Notes: generated by a model from the letters alone, not told the origin. A DNA stretch of 64,000 bases from Candidatus Latescibacterota bacterium (GCA_965248265.1 CBDFJF010000001.1:1408001-1472000); one strand, 5' to 3'. Shown: positions 17,690-27,986, counted from the first letter of the stretch. Numbers and translations are program-made.

Positions 17690-19645
17690 GTGGAAGTGGG
17701 GAGTCCCTTGGCGCTAACCATAACATCGTTTCGTGAGAATCGCTCACAAGGGCAGAGCGCGGAGTATGCGCTCACGCACCTCGACAATGTTCCTGCTCAA
17801 AACGTCGTACGCTTTCATTTAACCTTGGGCCCGATTGAACACCGCACTGGTTCGCAGTATCAGTGGATTCTTCTCGAAGGGGTAAAACAAAACGGGGACA
17901 CCTATGCCTGTTGGGTGTCAGTCGACCGGTTGCCATGGGCTTCCACGCACGAAGACCATGTCCACACGGCTCGTTACCTGCTTCGAGAGGGAGATCAACA
18001 GCCGCTGGAGTACGTCACCGCATTGACAGGCGAGGCGTTGCTGCCGGAATTCCGCGGCTGGGACATCCTCCTTCCCAAACCCTTGCGCGATTCCAAGACT
18101 CTTTTCCCTGAACGAATGCACTACCTGGGTTTCGATTTTTCGCTCGCTGCGACAAGCGAAGATAAATCATTTTCGATACCTGACGCTGAACGCCTTGCGC
18201 TTCGTCCAGACATGCTCGTGGGCACGGGGCGGAACTTCCGCGATGTACAGGGAGCCCGTCTGATCGGTAACGAAGACTACGATTATACCCCCTATTCCCG
18301 CGAAGACATCGATGAACTCATCGACGCGGGAGTCAATCATTTCTGGCCGGATGAAGAGCAACGTGAATGGATGCTTCGCCGCCCGATTTTCTATATCCAT
18401 CGAGGCAATGACCGATATCCTGAGTTACTCTATCGCAGCAATCTGCGCGGAGGACATGCTTACTACGACGAACCGGGACACATAGCGCGCGGCGACATGC
18501 AGGCTGATCAGTCACCGGCTGAAATGGCACAATGCGTGGTTGAGCGCACTCGGGATTCGACCCGCGTGGACGGATTGAATCAGTCACTAAAAGAACGCTC
18601 TGATATCGATCTTGGTGATCTGAACTTGCGCCATCCGCTCCCGAGTTGGGAAACGTCGGTGAGTACCGTCTGGTATCAGATGCGCGCGGGCGCAATCGGA
18701 GCTATTCATGAAGGTCGGTACGCAACGTGCAACGAGCCGCTGACGCTCAACATGCACTATGGATGTACCATACCGCCGTATCCGGAATACATCTTCCGCT
18801 ACTACTACGCGTTTTTGCGTGGCGCGGCACGCCATTTTGGCTGCGACTGGGGCATGTCCATATACGGTCAGACCGAGGAAGCTATCGCGCCGCACGCTCT
18901 CACGTTGGCCTATGACATGGGGGCGCGCTACTTGTGGTGCTGGACTTCCGACGGTGGGCATCATGTGCCCTATCCAGAGCAGGTCAACCTTGCCCGTTTG
19001 CTGAAAGCTCACGCGGCAGAGCGCGATGAACGAGATATGGAAGCGTTGCTGCACAACGCCAGGGCTGCCATTGTCTTGCCGGATGGGTATACCTTCGAAC
19101 CCTCGGGGCTGCTGTACAACCAGGCTACGCACCATGCAGAGCGCGCCAATGAAAACGGAATACCCTACCGAAAAGTGCTGCACAACGCTGCCGTTGAAAT
19201 GGAGCGTTTGCTGCGCTTGGGGATAGAGTTTGACATCGTTGTGGACGCTGATGGATTCGATGGAGATGGTTATGAAGAGGTATTATTTGTGCGTCCTGAA
19301 GTGCCCTCCGGTCCACGCACTCCACCCAGGCCGCGGCATCTATCGAAACCACTCTTGAAACCAACGGTTGAGCAGAATCCGGATTCTGCAGAGCTGGTGA
19401 CCCTTCGAGCGCAAGTGACCGGCGGCTCTCCGCCACTGGGATTCGACGCAGGAAGAGATTCAAAAACCGGAATACGGGAGCGCCACGCGGTTGTCTGGGA
19501 ATATTACAGCCCCGACGGTGGCTATAAGTTGCTCTACGGCGCGGAGCATACTCTTACCCTGACAGGTACGGGACGGCATCGCTTCCGCGCCGTGACTGCA
19601 GATTCGTATGGAAGTATTGTCGACGAATGGTTGGTGCATGGTTAA
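17690..19645 (+). CDS. Hypothetical protein, possible GH-like catalytic core
   Basis: 651-aa ORF; YYDEP, LRGAAR..DWGMSIYGQ, AYDMGARYLWCWTSD; start may be TTG 17708. Confidence 0.6.
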   Translation: MEVGSPLALTITSFRENRSQGQSAEYALTHLDNVPAQNVVRFHLTLGPIEHRTGSQYQWILLEGVKQNGDTYACWVSVDRLPWASTHEDHVHTARYLLREGDQQPLEYVTALTGEALLPEFRGWDILLPKPLRDSKTLFPERMHYLGFDFSLAATSEDKSFSIPDAERLALRPDMLVGTGRNFRDVQGARLIGNEDYDYTPYSREDIDELIDAGVNHFWPDEEQREWMLRRPIFYIHRGNDRYPELLYRSNLRGGHAYYDEPGHIARGDMQADQSPAEMAQCVVERTRDSTRVDGLNQSLKERSDIDLGDLNLRHPLPSWETSVSTVWYQMRAGAIGAIHEGRYATCNEPLTLNMHYGCTIPPYPEYIFRYYYAFLRGAARHFGCDWGMSIYGQTEEAIAPHALTLAYDMGARYLWCWTSDGGHHVPYPEQVNLARLLKAHAAERDERDMEALLHNARAAIVLPDGYTFEPSGLLYNQATHHAERANENGIPYRKVLHNAAVEMERLLRLGIEFDIVVDADGFDGDGYEEVLFVRPEVPSGPRTPPRPRHLSKPLLKPTVEQNPDSAELVTLRAQVTGGSPPLGFDAGRDSKTGIRERHAVVWEYYSPDGGYKLLYGAEHTLTLTGTGRHRFRAVTADSYGSIVDEWLVHG

Positions 19646-19758
19646 TCCCAATTGCGCCTTCTGGCGCCTTATCTCCTGGGCACCGGAAGTGCCAGGGTGG
19701 GCGCGCAGGCCACCGGGTCGTAAACACACACATCTTCCCCGATAAAAAGGGACCGGAC

Positions 19759-20493
19759 ATGATAAGGAACAAGATTCTCGAACGCATACGTGCGGGCGAG
19801 AAAGCGCTCGGCGTATTGATGATCGACCCGTCTGAGTTACTGGTGGAGCTGGCGGGCAGGATGGGGCTCGATTTCGTCATGTTCGACGGCCAGCACTGGC
19901 CGTTGACACCGCAGCGGGTGGGAACCCTGTGCGCGATCGCGGATGGCTTCGACATCACCCCGATCATGCGCGTGCCCGACCAGTCCGAGACCTCCATTCT
20001 CAGCTACCTCGACAAAGGCATACGCCTGATCATCGTGCCGAACCTGCGCACGAAGGAGGAGGCCCAGGTGCTGGTCAGGTACACGTTTTTCGCGCCCATC
20101 GGCGCGCGCAGCGCGACCAGCAAACGCACCGTGTTGGCTGAGGGCAAGGGTGGCCGGAGCGAACTCTACGAGCAGGCGAACGCCAACACCATGCTCGTCC
20201 CCCAGCTGGAACACATCGAGGCGCTGGAGAATGTGGAAGAGATACTCAGCGTGGACGGGATCGACTACTTCGAGCCCGGTTTCGAAGATCAGGCGCAGTC
20301 GATGGGATTGCCGGGGCAGGCCGGCAGCGCCGTAGTGCACGACGCCTGGAACCAGTGCACCCAGAAGGTGCGGGCCGCGGGCAAGCACCTCCTAGCCGAC
20401 CACATCGAGTTCGTCGACGCGTTCAACAGCGTTGTGAAAGACGCTCAGGCCTTGCTCGAAAAGCACGGGCGCAATTCGCAGCTCGCTTCCTGA
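19759..20493 (+). CDS. HpcH/HpaI aldolase family protein
   Basis: NKILERIRAG, GLDFVMFDGQH, LDKGIRLIIVP, PQLEHIEALENVEEILSVDGID. Confidence 0.85.
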   Translation: MIRNKILERIRAGEKALGVLMIDPSELLVELAGRMGLDFVMFDGQHWPLTPQRVGTLCAIADGFDITPIMRVPDQSETSILSYLDKGIRLIIVPNLRTKEEAQVLVRYTFFAPIGARSATSKRTVLAEGKGGRSELYEQANANTMLVPQLEHIEALENVEEILSVDGIDYFEPGFEDQAQSMGLPGQAGSAVVHDAWNQCTQKVRAAGKHLLADHIEFVDAFNSVVKDAQALLEKHGRNSQLAS

Positions 20494-20518
20494 GCCCCCG
20501 GGGAGTGGGGATTTTTTC

Positions 20519-20547
20519 TTGACATGCTGATTCATTGTATTGATAAT
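20519..20547 (+). promoter_or_regulatory. Sigma70-like promoter of the secreted-protein operon
   Basis: TTGACA (20519-20524)-17 nt-GATAAT (20542-20547) in an AT-rich intergenic stretch. Confidence 0.55.
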
Positions 20548-20649
20548 ATTGCTAACTGTGCCGTAATCAGTGGTGTGAGATAATGTTCAATGTACAATAA
20601 GTTGCTGTTTTACCAGCACTTATCACCAGAACCCGTAGGAGGATTCGGA

Positions 20650-21495
20650 ATGAAGAAGTTAGTTGCTTTATCAGCCATAGTCTGTCTCGCCGGCGCCAGT
20701 TTTGCCCACGAGCCGGCAAATGAGGAATTCTTGGTGTATCAGTTTGCTGACGGGAGCACCCCAACCGCAGACGGGCTTGATGACGATTGGGATGGTGTCC
20801 CGGATTCGTACACTATCGGCATCGACAAACTCTACGACCCGTCCCAGTATCAGGAGGCCGACCGCGGCGGGAGCGACATCAGCGACATGAATATCACGCA
20901 CCGGGTCGGGTGGAACGAGACCGACAACAGGCTCTACGTCGTCACCACGGTGTTCGACGATATCCACGATCGGACCGGTGAGGGGTGCTTCTGCACTGAT
21001 GACTCCTATGAGCTCGAAGTGAACATGGACCACTCTGCCCATGCAGATGAAAACCCAGAGGACTTCGTCAGCAGGATCGCCTATAAATACGCTGTTCCGC
21101 CCGTTGACGGCGCGTACGCTTTCTCGCGCCCCGTCGCCGCGGTAGCTGATGAGTGGCTCTTTCCCGGCAGTGAGTGGCTCGACTTTGGGTGGAGCTTCAC
21201 CGGGGCAGAGTTCGGGGAGAGCACCTACACCTACGAGCAGTCCATCCTTCCCATCGAGAACTTTGCATGGGATGGTAGTGAAGGATCAGCAGTAATTTGG
21301 GACCTGGAGGAAGGCGATCTCTTCCATCTCGCTATCGGTGTGGGCGATGTAGACGTTCCATCTGACGCTTACCATGGCTTCTGGAGCACATCGCCGACGG
21401 CCTGGACTACCGACTTCGTCCTGGACGAAATCGTTGACTCGCCGACTGCCGTCGAGAATGATACTTGGGCTCGCATCAAGGCTCAGTACAAGTAA
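20650..21495 (+). CDS. Secreted acidic CBM9/DOMON-like protein with C-terminal TWARIK motif
   Basis: AGGAGG RBS; signal peptide MKKLVALSAIVCLAGASFA; PTADGLDDDW, VGWNETDNRLYV, DDSYELEV; ends TAVENDTWARIKAQYK. Confidence 0.7.
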   Translation: MKKLVALSAIVCLAGASFAHEPANEEFLVYQFADGSTPTADGLDDDWDGVPDSYTIGIDKLYDPSQYQEADRGGSDISDMNITHRVGWNETDNRLYVVTTVFDDIHDRTGEGCFCTDDSYELEVNMDHSAHADENPEDFVSRIAYKYAVPPVDGAYAFSRPVAAVADEWLFPGSEWLDFGWSFTGAEFGESTYTYEQSILPIENFAWDGSEGSAVIWDLEEGDLFHLAIGVGDVDVPSDAYHGFWSTSPTAWTTDFVLDEIVDSPTAVENDTWARIKAQYK

Positions 21496-21542
21496 CTGCC
21501 TGACTGGTAGTTGCCTGACGAGGAGTTGCAGTGAGGAGTTAG

Positions 21543-21576
21543 AAACCCGTGTCCCACTCTGTGGGACACGGGTTTT
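21543..21576 (+). terminator. Intrinsic terminator-like hairpin
   Basis: AAACCCGTGTCCCAC-TCT-GTGGGACACGGGTTT perfect 15-bp inverted repeat followed by T-rich TATGTTTT. Confidence 0.8.
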
Positions 21577-21601
21577 ATGTTTTGCTGGCAGGAGGACGAC
21601 G

Positions 21602-23725
21602 GTGTCTCAAGCAGTTTTCTGGGTCGGTCTGGTAAGCCTGGCGTTGACCTCTTCGGCCATGGCTGCAAGGTCGGAATACGTCCTGTCCGGGGACAGCGGA
21701 ATCCCCGGCCGACAGCCCTGGCAGACAGCCCTGGCGGCAGACCCCGGCGTCTACGTCGTTTTCGACAACGACGGTCAGCTCATCGACTCCGTGCCCATTG
21801 CCCTGGCGCCCCGGGGGGCCGGCGCCGATACCCTCATCGATTACAGCGGCGGCACCCTCCAATCCGTGTGGATTGATCCCACCTGGAACCTGGCCCGGCG
21901 CCTCGAGCTGGCGGATGGACAAATCACCTCGAGCGAGCAGTATGGCTATCTGTACGCAGAGCTGGAAAGCATTGTCTGGTCCTTCGACGGCGACCCGAAG
22001 ACCGCCATGAACCGCAAGTTTGTTCAGGATCCCTTCGGGCTTCCAGGCATAGGCGCGGGGTGGCGGCAAAACATAATCGTCGACCTGGGAGCCGACTTCC
22101 CGATCAACCGGGTCCGGTTCTACCCCCGCCTGGGCCATGACGATGCCCGGATCATCGAGCAGATGGACGAGCCCAGACCGGATCCGGAAACATTCGGCAG
22201 CCTGAGCTTTTCTGAAAATTACCTCGAATGGTACGAGCTCAGCGTTGCCGAAAATGCCAGGCCGTTCTCCCCAGATGCCACCCCCGAAAACTTTGCGCCG
22301 GGCACGCGCTGGTTCAAGGACGTCAAGGCCTGGGGGGCAGCCCTCGACCCGTGGTTCACCAGCCTCAAACTGACCACCGAAAATCTGGACGTGGTAGTCG
22401 ATCACCACTTCCCGCTGCGCCACGAGCGCTACGTAGCCCTGCGTCCCATCAAACCACTGCGTAATTGGGAAGTCGCCGAGATGGAAGTCTACGGAGAGGG
22501 CTACACAAAGAAAGGGGTGTTCCTCACCAATATCCTGGACTTCGGGCAGCCAGTCAGTTGGGGCAAGATCCGTTGGGCGGGCGAGATCCCTCCTGGCACC
22601 AGGGTGACTATCAGAACCCGCACGGGCAATGATCCGCACCCGACCCTTTACTGGCAGCCGGACCGTATCTCCGGTGAGCTGAAGTCGATCACCCGTGAGG
22701 AGTGGTCACGAATTCGCGGAAACCTTCGTCTGGCCCCCACCTACGACTGGAAAAACTGGAGCTTCTGGTCGCCACCCTACGATTTCGAATCCGGCCTGCG
22801 CGATCCGGCTGCTCCGGCCGCTTCGTGGGAGGATGGTACGTCCCTGCAATCGCCCAGCCCCAGCCGCTACCTCCAGCTCGAGATCATACTCTGGTCAACG
22901 CGCAACGCCACGCCTCGCCTGGACGCTCTGTGGCTCCAGTTCTCTCAATCTCCCGCCGCCTCCGAGCTGGTTGGGGAAATCTGGCCGATCGAAGTGGATT
23001 CTTTCGAGCCGCGCAACTTCACCTACACAGTCCGTCCGGATTTTATCGAGGGCGATATCGGGTTCGACCGCCTCGAGATCCTCACTTATACCACGGTAGA
23101 AGAGGTCCGCTCAGTCAAGGTAGACTCCCGGGAGATCGATCTGACCGATACGAATTATACCCCCGAGATACTCGACGACCGAATCATCGTGAAGCTCGAC
23201 AGAAAGCTACAGGATCCGACCGATGACCGCCTCAAGCAGGTGGAGGTCAATTTCGACGTCGCCGTGCTGCGCTTTGGCGCCGACTTCAAGGGGTGGGTAT
23301 TCAACAGCGACGATCCAGATCGCCTGAAGCAGCAGGTTCAGCCCGGCAACGCCACCTTCCGCTTTGCCGGAGACGTGCTGTCCGTGCGCACTGCGGTGGG
23401 GGGAGATCTGCTCGTCTTCACAGAGACTGCTCCCAATCCCTTTTCCCCCAATGGAGACGGGATCAACGACGAGATGTCCTTGTCCTTCAAGGTGCGAGAG
23501 GTGGCGCTGCGTCGATCCATTCAGGTGGAGATCTACGATCTGGCCGGTAACAACGTCCGCACCCTGACAAACATAGACGCCGTAACGGGTGCGTACTCTT
23601 TTACCTGGGACGGGGTCGATGACGGCGGTGTCAGAGTTTCCCCCGGTCTTTACCTCTACCGTATCAATCTGGAATCTGACGAGAACAACGAAGAGAAACT
23701 GGGCAGTATAGCCGTGGTCTATTGA
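21602..23725 (+). CDS. Large secreted protein with discoidin-like domain and C-terminal FlgD-Ig/CHU_C-like domain
   Basis: AGGAGG RBS + GTG 21602; signal peptide; VDLGADFPINRVRFYPR, EVAEMEVYG, RTRTG, WSFWS, PNPFSPNGDGINDE..IYDLAG..WDGVD..PGLY. Confidence 0.8.
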   Translation: MSQAVFWVGLVSLALTSSAMAARSEYVLSGDSGIPGRQPWQTALAADPGVYVVFDNDGQLIDSVPIALAPRGAGADTLIDYSGGTLQSVWIDPTWNLARRLELADGQITSSEQYGYLYAELESIVWSFDGDPKTAMNRKFVQDPFGLPGIGAGWRQNIIVDLGADFPINRVRFYPRLGHDDARIIEQMDEPRPDPETFGSLSFSENYLEWYELSVAENARPFSPDATPENFAPGTRWFKDVKAWGAALDPWFTSLKLTTENLDVVVDHHFPLRHERYVALRPIKPLRNWEVAEMEVYGEGYTKKGVFLTNILDFGQPVSWGKIRWAGEIPPGTRVTIRTRTGNDPHPTLYWQPDRISGELKSITREEWSRIRGNLRLAPTYDWKNWSFWSPPYDFESGLRDPAAPAASWEDGTSLQSPSPSRYLQLEIILWSTRNATPRLDALWLQFSQSPAASELVGEIWPIEVDSFEPRNFTYTVRPDFIEGDIGFDRLEILTYTTVEEVRSVKVDSREIDLTDTNYTPEILDDRIIVKLDRKLQDPTDDRLKQVEVNFDVAVLRFGADFKGWVFNSDDPDRLKQQVQPGNATFRFAGDVLSVRTAVGGDLLVFTETAPNPFSPNGDGINDEMSLSFKVREVALRRSIQVEIYDLAGNNVRTLTNIDAVTGAYSFTWDGVDDGGVRVSPGLYLYRINLESDENNEEKLGSIAVVY

Positions 23726-23727
23726 GT

Positions 23728-25797
23728 ATGGCCCGCCGCAACCTCTCGCTTGTGTACGGCTGGCTCGCGACCGTGTGTATGCCATATTCGGCCGCCGCGC
23801 TGGAAACGCTAACTATCGGCAACGATGCCCGGATCGATTGGGACGGGTCGGGCTCGCGCTTCACGACCATCGATCCGGAGTACCGCGCCCTGAATCCCAA
23901 CGAAATCCTCACCGGCAACCTGCCGGGCGCTCTGATCTACTTCGAGCACCCTGATTTTCCGGGCAGCCTCATTCCCAGGCAGCTCGAGGAGGGCGAGAAC
24001 GTAGCCGCCCAAACCATAGCGCGAGGCGGCAACATCGAGGCTCCATCGGTACTCGATGTCGCCGACGCAGCCCTCCAGACTGCCCTACAGGAACTGCTCA
24101 CCGACGACAATGGTGGCCAGCTCCTGGCCTTTGAGAGAAAGAATGTCAACGCCCGGGGCGCACTGATCATAGGCGATCTGGGGGGCCGCTTCGGGGTCAA
24201 CCGGATCCGCTTCTACCCTCGCAACTCGGGAGTCATTGACTCGACCGTAAAGCGTTCTCCCTCAACCCCTTTTCATCAGGACTATATCAGGGGTTTCGAA
24301 CTCTTCGTCAATGATGGGCTCAACCTGACCCAAGACGGTTTCCCCGTCTGGGATCTTCTGTCGGAAAACAAAGACAACACCGACCCGGTGGTCGAGGTGA
24401 TTCTCGACCCGCCTCAGTATATCCAGTCCTTCCGGTTGAAGTCGACCTCGTCGGTCGATTTCGAGATCGACGAGATCGAGGTTTTCGGCACTGGTTTTGT
24501 GCCCACCGCCCGCTACCTTTCCGATGTATTCGACCTGGGCCTGGCCGCGTGGGGCAACATCCGCTGGACCGAACGAGTCACGGGCGATCCGTCCCTGACT
24601 CGTCTGCTGATCTCTACCCGGACTGGCAGCGATGCAACACAGTTCGTGTACACGCGCAAGCTGGCCGACAAAGAGGATGCTCCGGAAGTTTCGACGTCCC
24701 TGCGCAACCGCGGCCAGCCGATGACCCAGGAGGAATATGACGATCTACCCGAACGTGATGCCGCGGGCCTGGAATGGGAAGCTGGTTCGGTCAGGGACGA
24801 TCTGCAGAACTGGAGCCCCTGGAGCACAGCCTATCCGCCCGAGGGGGGTACGCCAGACGGCACCCCGATCCTATCGCCGGGACCCCGGCGCTACATACAG
24901 TTTCAGGTACAGGCTTTGAGTGACGACCTGGCATCTGCCCGCCTTCTGGAGGACGTCTCCTTAGAGTATCTGGTGCCGCCCCTGGCCGATCAGTTCGAAG
25001 CCGAGATATTTCCGCGCGAAGTACCGGCCTCCACCATCACGACCTTCACCTATGCCGTGCGACCCACCATGGGGACCGACGGCTTACTCGGTTTCGACGC
25101 CTTTGAGATTTCAACGCCCCTGCGGGTGGAGGGTGTGGACCGCATCGAAATCCTGAATCCCGATGGATCCCTGGCGGACGCACATGACTTTACCGCGGAA
25201 GATCCCGCCGCTGACAGCCCCTTCGGGATAACCGCCATCGAGGACGATCGCTTCACCGTCCACTTCCCGCTCATTCATGAAGATCAAAGCCTGCTCAAGA
25301 TCACCTTCCGTGCCGCCGTACTCGTCTACAGCACCAGTTTTAATGGCCGAGCCGCCCTCTCCGCAGAGCAGGGGGCTTTCCAGGCTACTGTCCCGGGAAA
25401 TGCCGCCAACTTGGGCGAAACCGACGAGCCTACGCAGTCTGGGAATACGGTCTTCAGCCCTTCTGTCCTCAAAGGTCGGCTGATCGATGCGCTGGAGACG
25501 GTTCCGAATATCATTACCCCGAACGGGGACGACATCAACGATCGGGTTTCCATTGCCTACAACGTTCTCGCCCTGACCAAGGCGGGCAGAGTGACGGTGC
25601 GGATCTACGATCTGTCCGGTCGGCTCGTCCACACGTTGCAAGATGAGAACCTGCGCAGTGGCCGCTACTTCGACGAGTGGAACGGACGCGACGCCGAGGG
25701 GAAGCTTGCTCTTCCAGGAATCTATTTGCTCTCGGTCTCGGTAGATGGAGACAACCGCGACGGTGCGCTGATAAAGCCCCTATCGGTGATCTACTGA
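23728..25797 (+). CDS. Large secreted protein with discoidin-like domain and C-terminal FlgD-Ig/CHU_C-like domain
   Basis: Signal peptide; DLGGRFGVNRIRFYPR, EIDEIEVFG, STRTG, WSPWS, PNIITPNGDDIND..IYDLSG..WNGRD..PGIY. Confidence 0.8.
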   Translation: MARRNLSLVYGWLATVCMPYSAAALETLTIGNDARIDWDGSGSRFTTIDPEYRALNPNEILTGNLPGALIYFEHPDFPGSLIPRQLEEGENVAAQTIARGGNIEAPSVLDVADAALQTALQELLTDDNGGQLLAFERKNVNARGALIIGDLGGRFGVNRIRFYPRNSGVIDSTVKRSPSTPFHQDYIRGFELFVNDGLNLTQDGFPVWDLLSENKDNTDPVVEVILDPPQYIQSFRLKSTSSVDFEIDEIEVFGTGFVPTARYLSDVFDLGLAAWGNIRWTERVTGDPSLTRLLISTRTGSDATQFVYTRKLADKEDAPEVSTSLRNRGQPMTQEEYDDLPERDAAGLEWEAGSVRDDLQNWSPWSTAYPPEGGTPDGTPILSPGPRRYIQFQVQALSDDLASARLLEDVSLEYLVPPLADQFEAEIFPREVPASTITTFTYAVRPTMGTDGLLGFDAFEISTPLRVEGVDRIEILNPDGSLADAHDFTAEDPAADSPFGITAIEDDRFTVHFPLIHEDQSLLKITFRAAVLVYSTSFNGRAALSAEQGAFQATVPGNAANLGETDEPTQSGNTVFSPSVLKGRLIDALETVPNIITPNGDDINDRVSIAYNVLALTKAGRVTVRIYDLSGRLVHTLQDENLRSGRYFDEWNGRDAEGKLALPGIYLLSVSVDGDNRDGALIKPLSVIY

Positions 25798-27986
25798 CCG
25801 CCCTTTTCCATCATCGTTTCCATTATCTTGCCGGCCCGCTCCTGTGCAATCTGCTGCATCCGGTGCCTGCGGGCCGCGCGCTGATGGCTCTCAAACGCCG
25901 CCCTAGCCTGGTCCTTTTGCCCGGTCTTGAGATAGAGTTTTCCCAGCTCCTGGTGGACCTGGTAATCATCCGGAGCCAGACTGAGAATCGCCGAAAAGTG
26001 CTCGATGGCCGCCCCATATTGCCCCCTTCCCGCCTCCAACCTGGCCATGCTCCGCAACGCCGGTATAGACTGGGAATCCGCTACCAGCGCTGCTTTCAGG
26101 TAGCGCTCGGCCTCGGCTTCGTTACCTCCGCCCTCAACGAGCAGATCGGCCAGCTGGCACAACCCCTCGACATGATCGGGTTGCTGTTCGACCAACGTTC
26201 TGTACTCCCGTAGGGCCTCGGCATCATTCCCGTGAGCTTGATAGAGCTGGGCAAGCTGATGCCGCACCAGCAGGGAGTCCGGCTTGAGTTCCAGAACCCT
26301 GCGGTAGGCTGCTTCGGCTTTAGTGGGAGCATCACTCATCAGATAGGCATAGGCGAGACGTCCGTGCAGCGCCGCCCAGTCGCCGCGCCGCACAACAAGG
26401 TCCTCATAGAAATCGATGGCCCGCCGGTATTCGGTCTTCTTCAGGAACAGATCCGCCACAACCATGCTCACATCATCTCGATCCGGATGGTACTTCAGTA
26501 GCTGCCGACCGGCCGCAATGGCATCGTCATCCTGCCGCCGCGCCGCGTACATGCCGGTTAGCGCCATCAGCGCCTCCTCGTGGGCGGGATCGATCTTGAC
26601 GGCGCGCCGGTATTGGGCGAGCGCGTTGGCCTCCATCCCCCTCTCCTGGAAAGCAACGGCCATCCAGTAGTGTTGGTACGCATCGCCTGCTGAGTTCATG
26701 TCTCCCACCCCCCGGTTTGTCCCGAACAAGAGTAGAAGCAGGAGCACTCCCGCAAGCGCCAGCCGGGTACCGCGCTGACGAAAAAGGATCACGAGCCCGT
26801 GCGCGGCGAACAGCAGGAGGACCGGCACCACCGGCAGCCGATAGCGTGCGTTGACGAAAAACAGTATCACCGAGAAGGAGTACGTCGCACTGAAGAGCAG
26901 TAACAGAGCCCCGGCCGGACTTCGCCGCAAGGGCCCCACCAGGCAAGCACCCAGACCGAACAGGGCGAGGGGGGCAATCAAGCCAAAGGGAAAGGCCAGG
27001 CCGTACTTCCACAGCAATCCCTGCAGCAAGGAGGAGTCCTTACGGGCGTAGTACGGATCCAGGTTGTGGAGTATCTCGTCGCCGCGCCAGAACAGACGAG
27101 CCTTGTGCAGCAGCAAGCCGACATACCCCACTGGATCGGATGAGATGTAGGACCAGGACGAGCGGCCAGTGATGTCCGCATCGCTTTCGGGGCGATTGAC
27201 CAGCTCGTGCCATTCCCGACCCGGTCTGAAATCGATGCCGGCATCGGACGAGACCAGCACCCATTCACCGCCCACGATGCGGTTGCGCAGGGTCACCGGC
27301 GCCACCACCAGAGCGACTCCCAGGCAAAAGGCGGCCACTTGCACCAGGCGTCGGCGGCTCCCCGAATCCGCTGTCGGCAGAAAACGGAGAGCCCACAGGA
27401 GGACAACCGGGGCGAACAGGAATACATTCGCAACCAGCAGTCCCGAGCAGGCCAGCAGAAGGCCGGCCAGCAACCAACGGACTGCGCCGGGGCCTCGGGC
27501 CGCCCACAGCAAGGTGAGCAGCAACACTACATTGAGGCACACTGCCGGACCGACGGGCAGCAGCTCTCCCTCAAAATAGATGAAGGGGCCGTAGATCGCG
27601 GCCGTACAGGCCGCCAGCCAGCCTGTGGCCGGGGAGGAGAATGTCCTGTTTCCCAACCAGAAGAGCGACACACAGGTGATGGCACCCAGGACGGCCTGCA
27701 CGAAGCGCGGCAGGTAATAATCTTCGCCAAAGAGGGTGAAGAGCAGGCCGAGAAAGTAGGGGTACAGCGGCGGCGGCCAGAAGGGCTCCCCCGAATCACC
27801 TGCCCGAATTCCGCTCGCCAGACGCAGTCCCTCTTCCACGTAGGTCCTGGCATCGACCACCGGGGTGTCGAACAGAAGACTTTCAGACGTCTGAAGCAAA
27901 TAGAACAGCCGGATCGTCAGGGCGAGCCCGCCCACCAGCGCCAGCCCCGCCCCTGTGCTGCGCCATCGTATACTGCCGTCGGTCAA
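25791..27986 (-). CDS. GT-C (GT39-like) membrane glycosyltransferase with C-terminal TPRs
   Basis: PVVDARTY, FWPPPLYPYFL, APVTLRN, RYRLPV, then about 8 TPRs; TTG start overlaps upstream stop (TTGA). Confidence 0.8.
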   Translation of the reverse strand: MTDGSIRWRSTGAGLALVGGLALTIRLFYLLQTSESLLFDTPVVDARTYVEEGLRLASGIRAGDSGEPFWPPPLYPYFLGLLFTLFGEDYYLPRFVQAVLGAITCVSLFWLGNRTFSSPATGWLAACTAAIYGPFIYFEGELLPVGPAVCLNVVLLLTLLWAARGPGAVRWLLAGLLLACSGLLVANVFLFAPVVLLWALRFLPTADSGSRRRLVQVAAFCLGVALVVAPVTLRNRIVGGEWVLVSSDAGIDFRPGREWHELVNRPESDADITGRSSWSYISSDPVGYVGLLLHKARLFWRGDEILHNLDPYYARKDSSLLQGLLWKYGLAFPFGLIAPLALFGLGACLVGPLRRSPAGALLLLFSATYSFSVILFFVNARYRLPVVPVLLLFAAHGLVILFRQRGTRLALAGVLLLLLLFGTNRGVGDMNSAGDAYQHYWMAVAFQERGMEANALAQYRRAVKIDPAHEEALMALTGMYAARRQDDDAIAAGRQLLKYHPDRDDVSMVVADLFLKKTEYRRAIDFYEDLVVRRGDWAALHGRLAYAYLMSDAPTKAEAAYRRVLELKPDSLLVRHQLAQLYQAHGNDAEALREYRTLVEQQPDHVEGLCQLADLLVEGGGNEAEAERYLKAALVADSQSIPALRSMARLEAGRGQYGAAIEHFSAILSLAPDDYQVHQELGKLYLKTGQKDQARAAFESHQRAARRHRMQQIAQERAGKIMETMMEKGGQ

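Noticed and set aside
21496-21545. Mini CRISPR array
   Set aside because: Repeats are short, degenerate and spacerless; no cas genes
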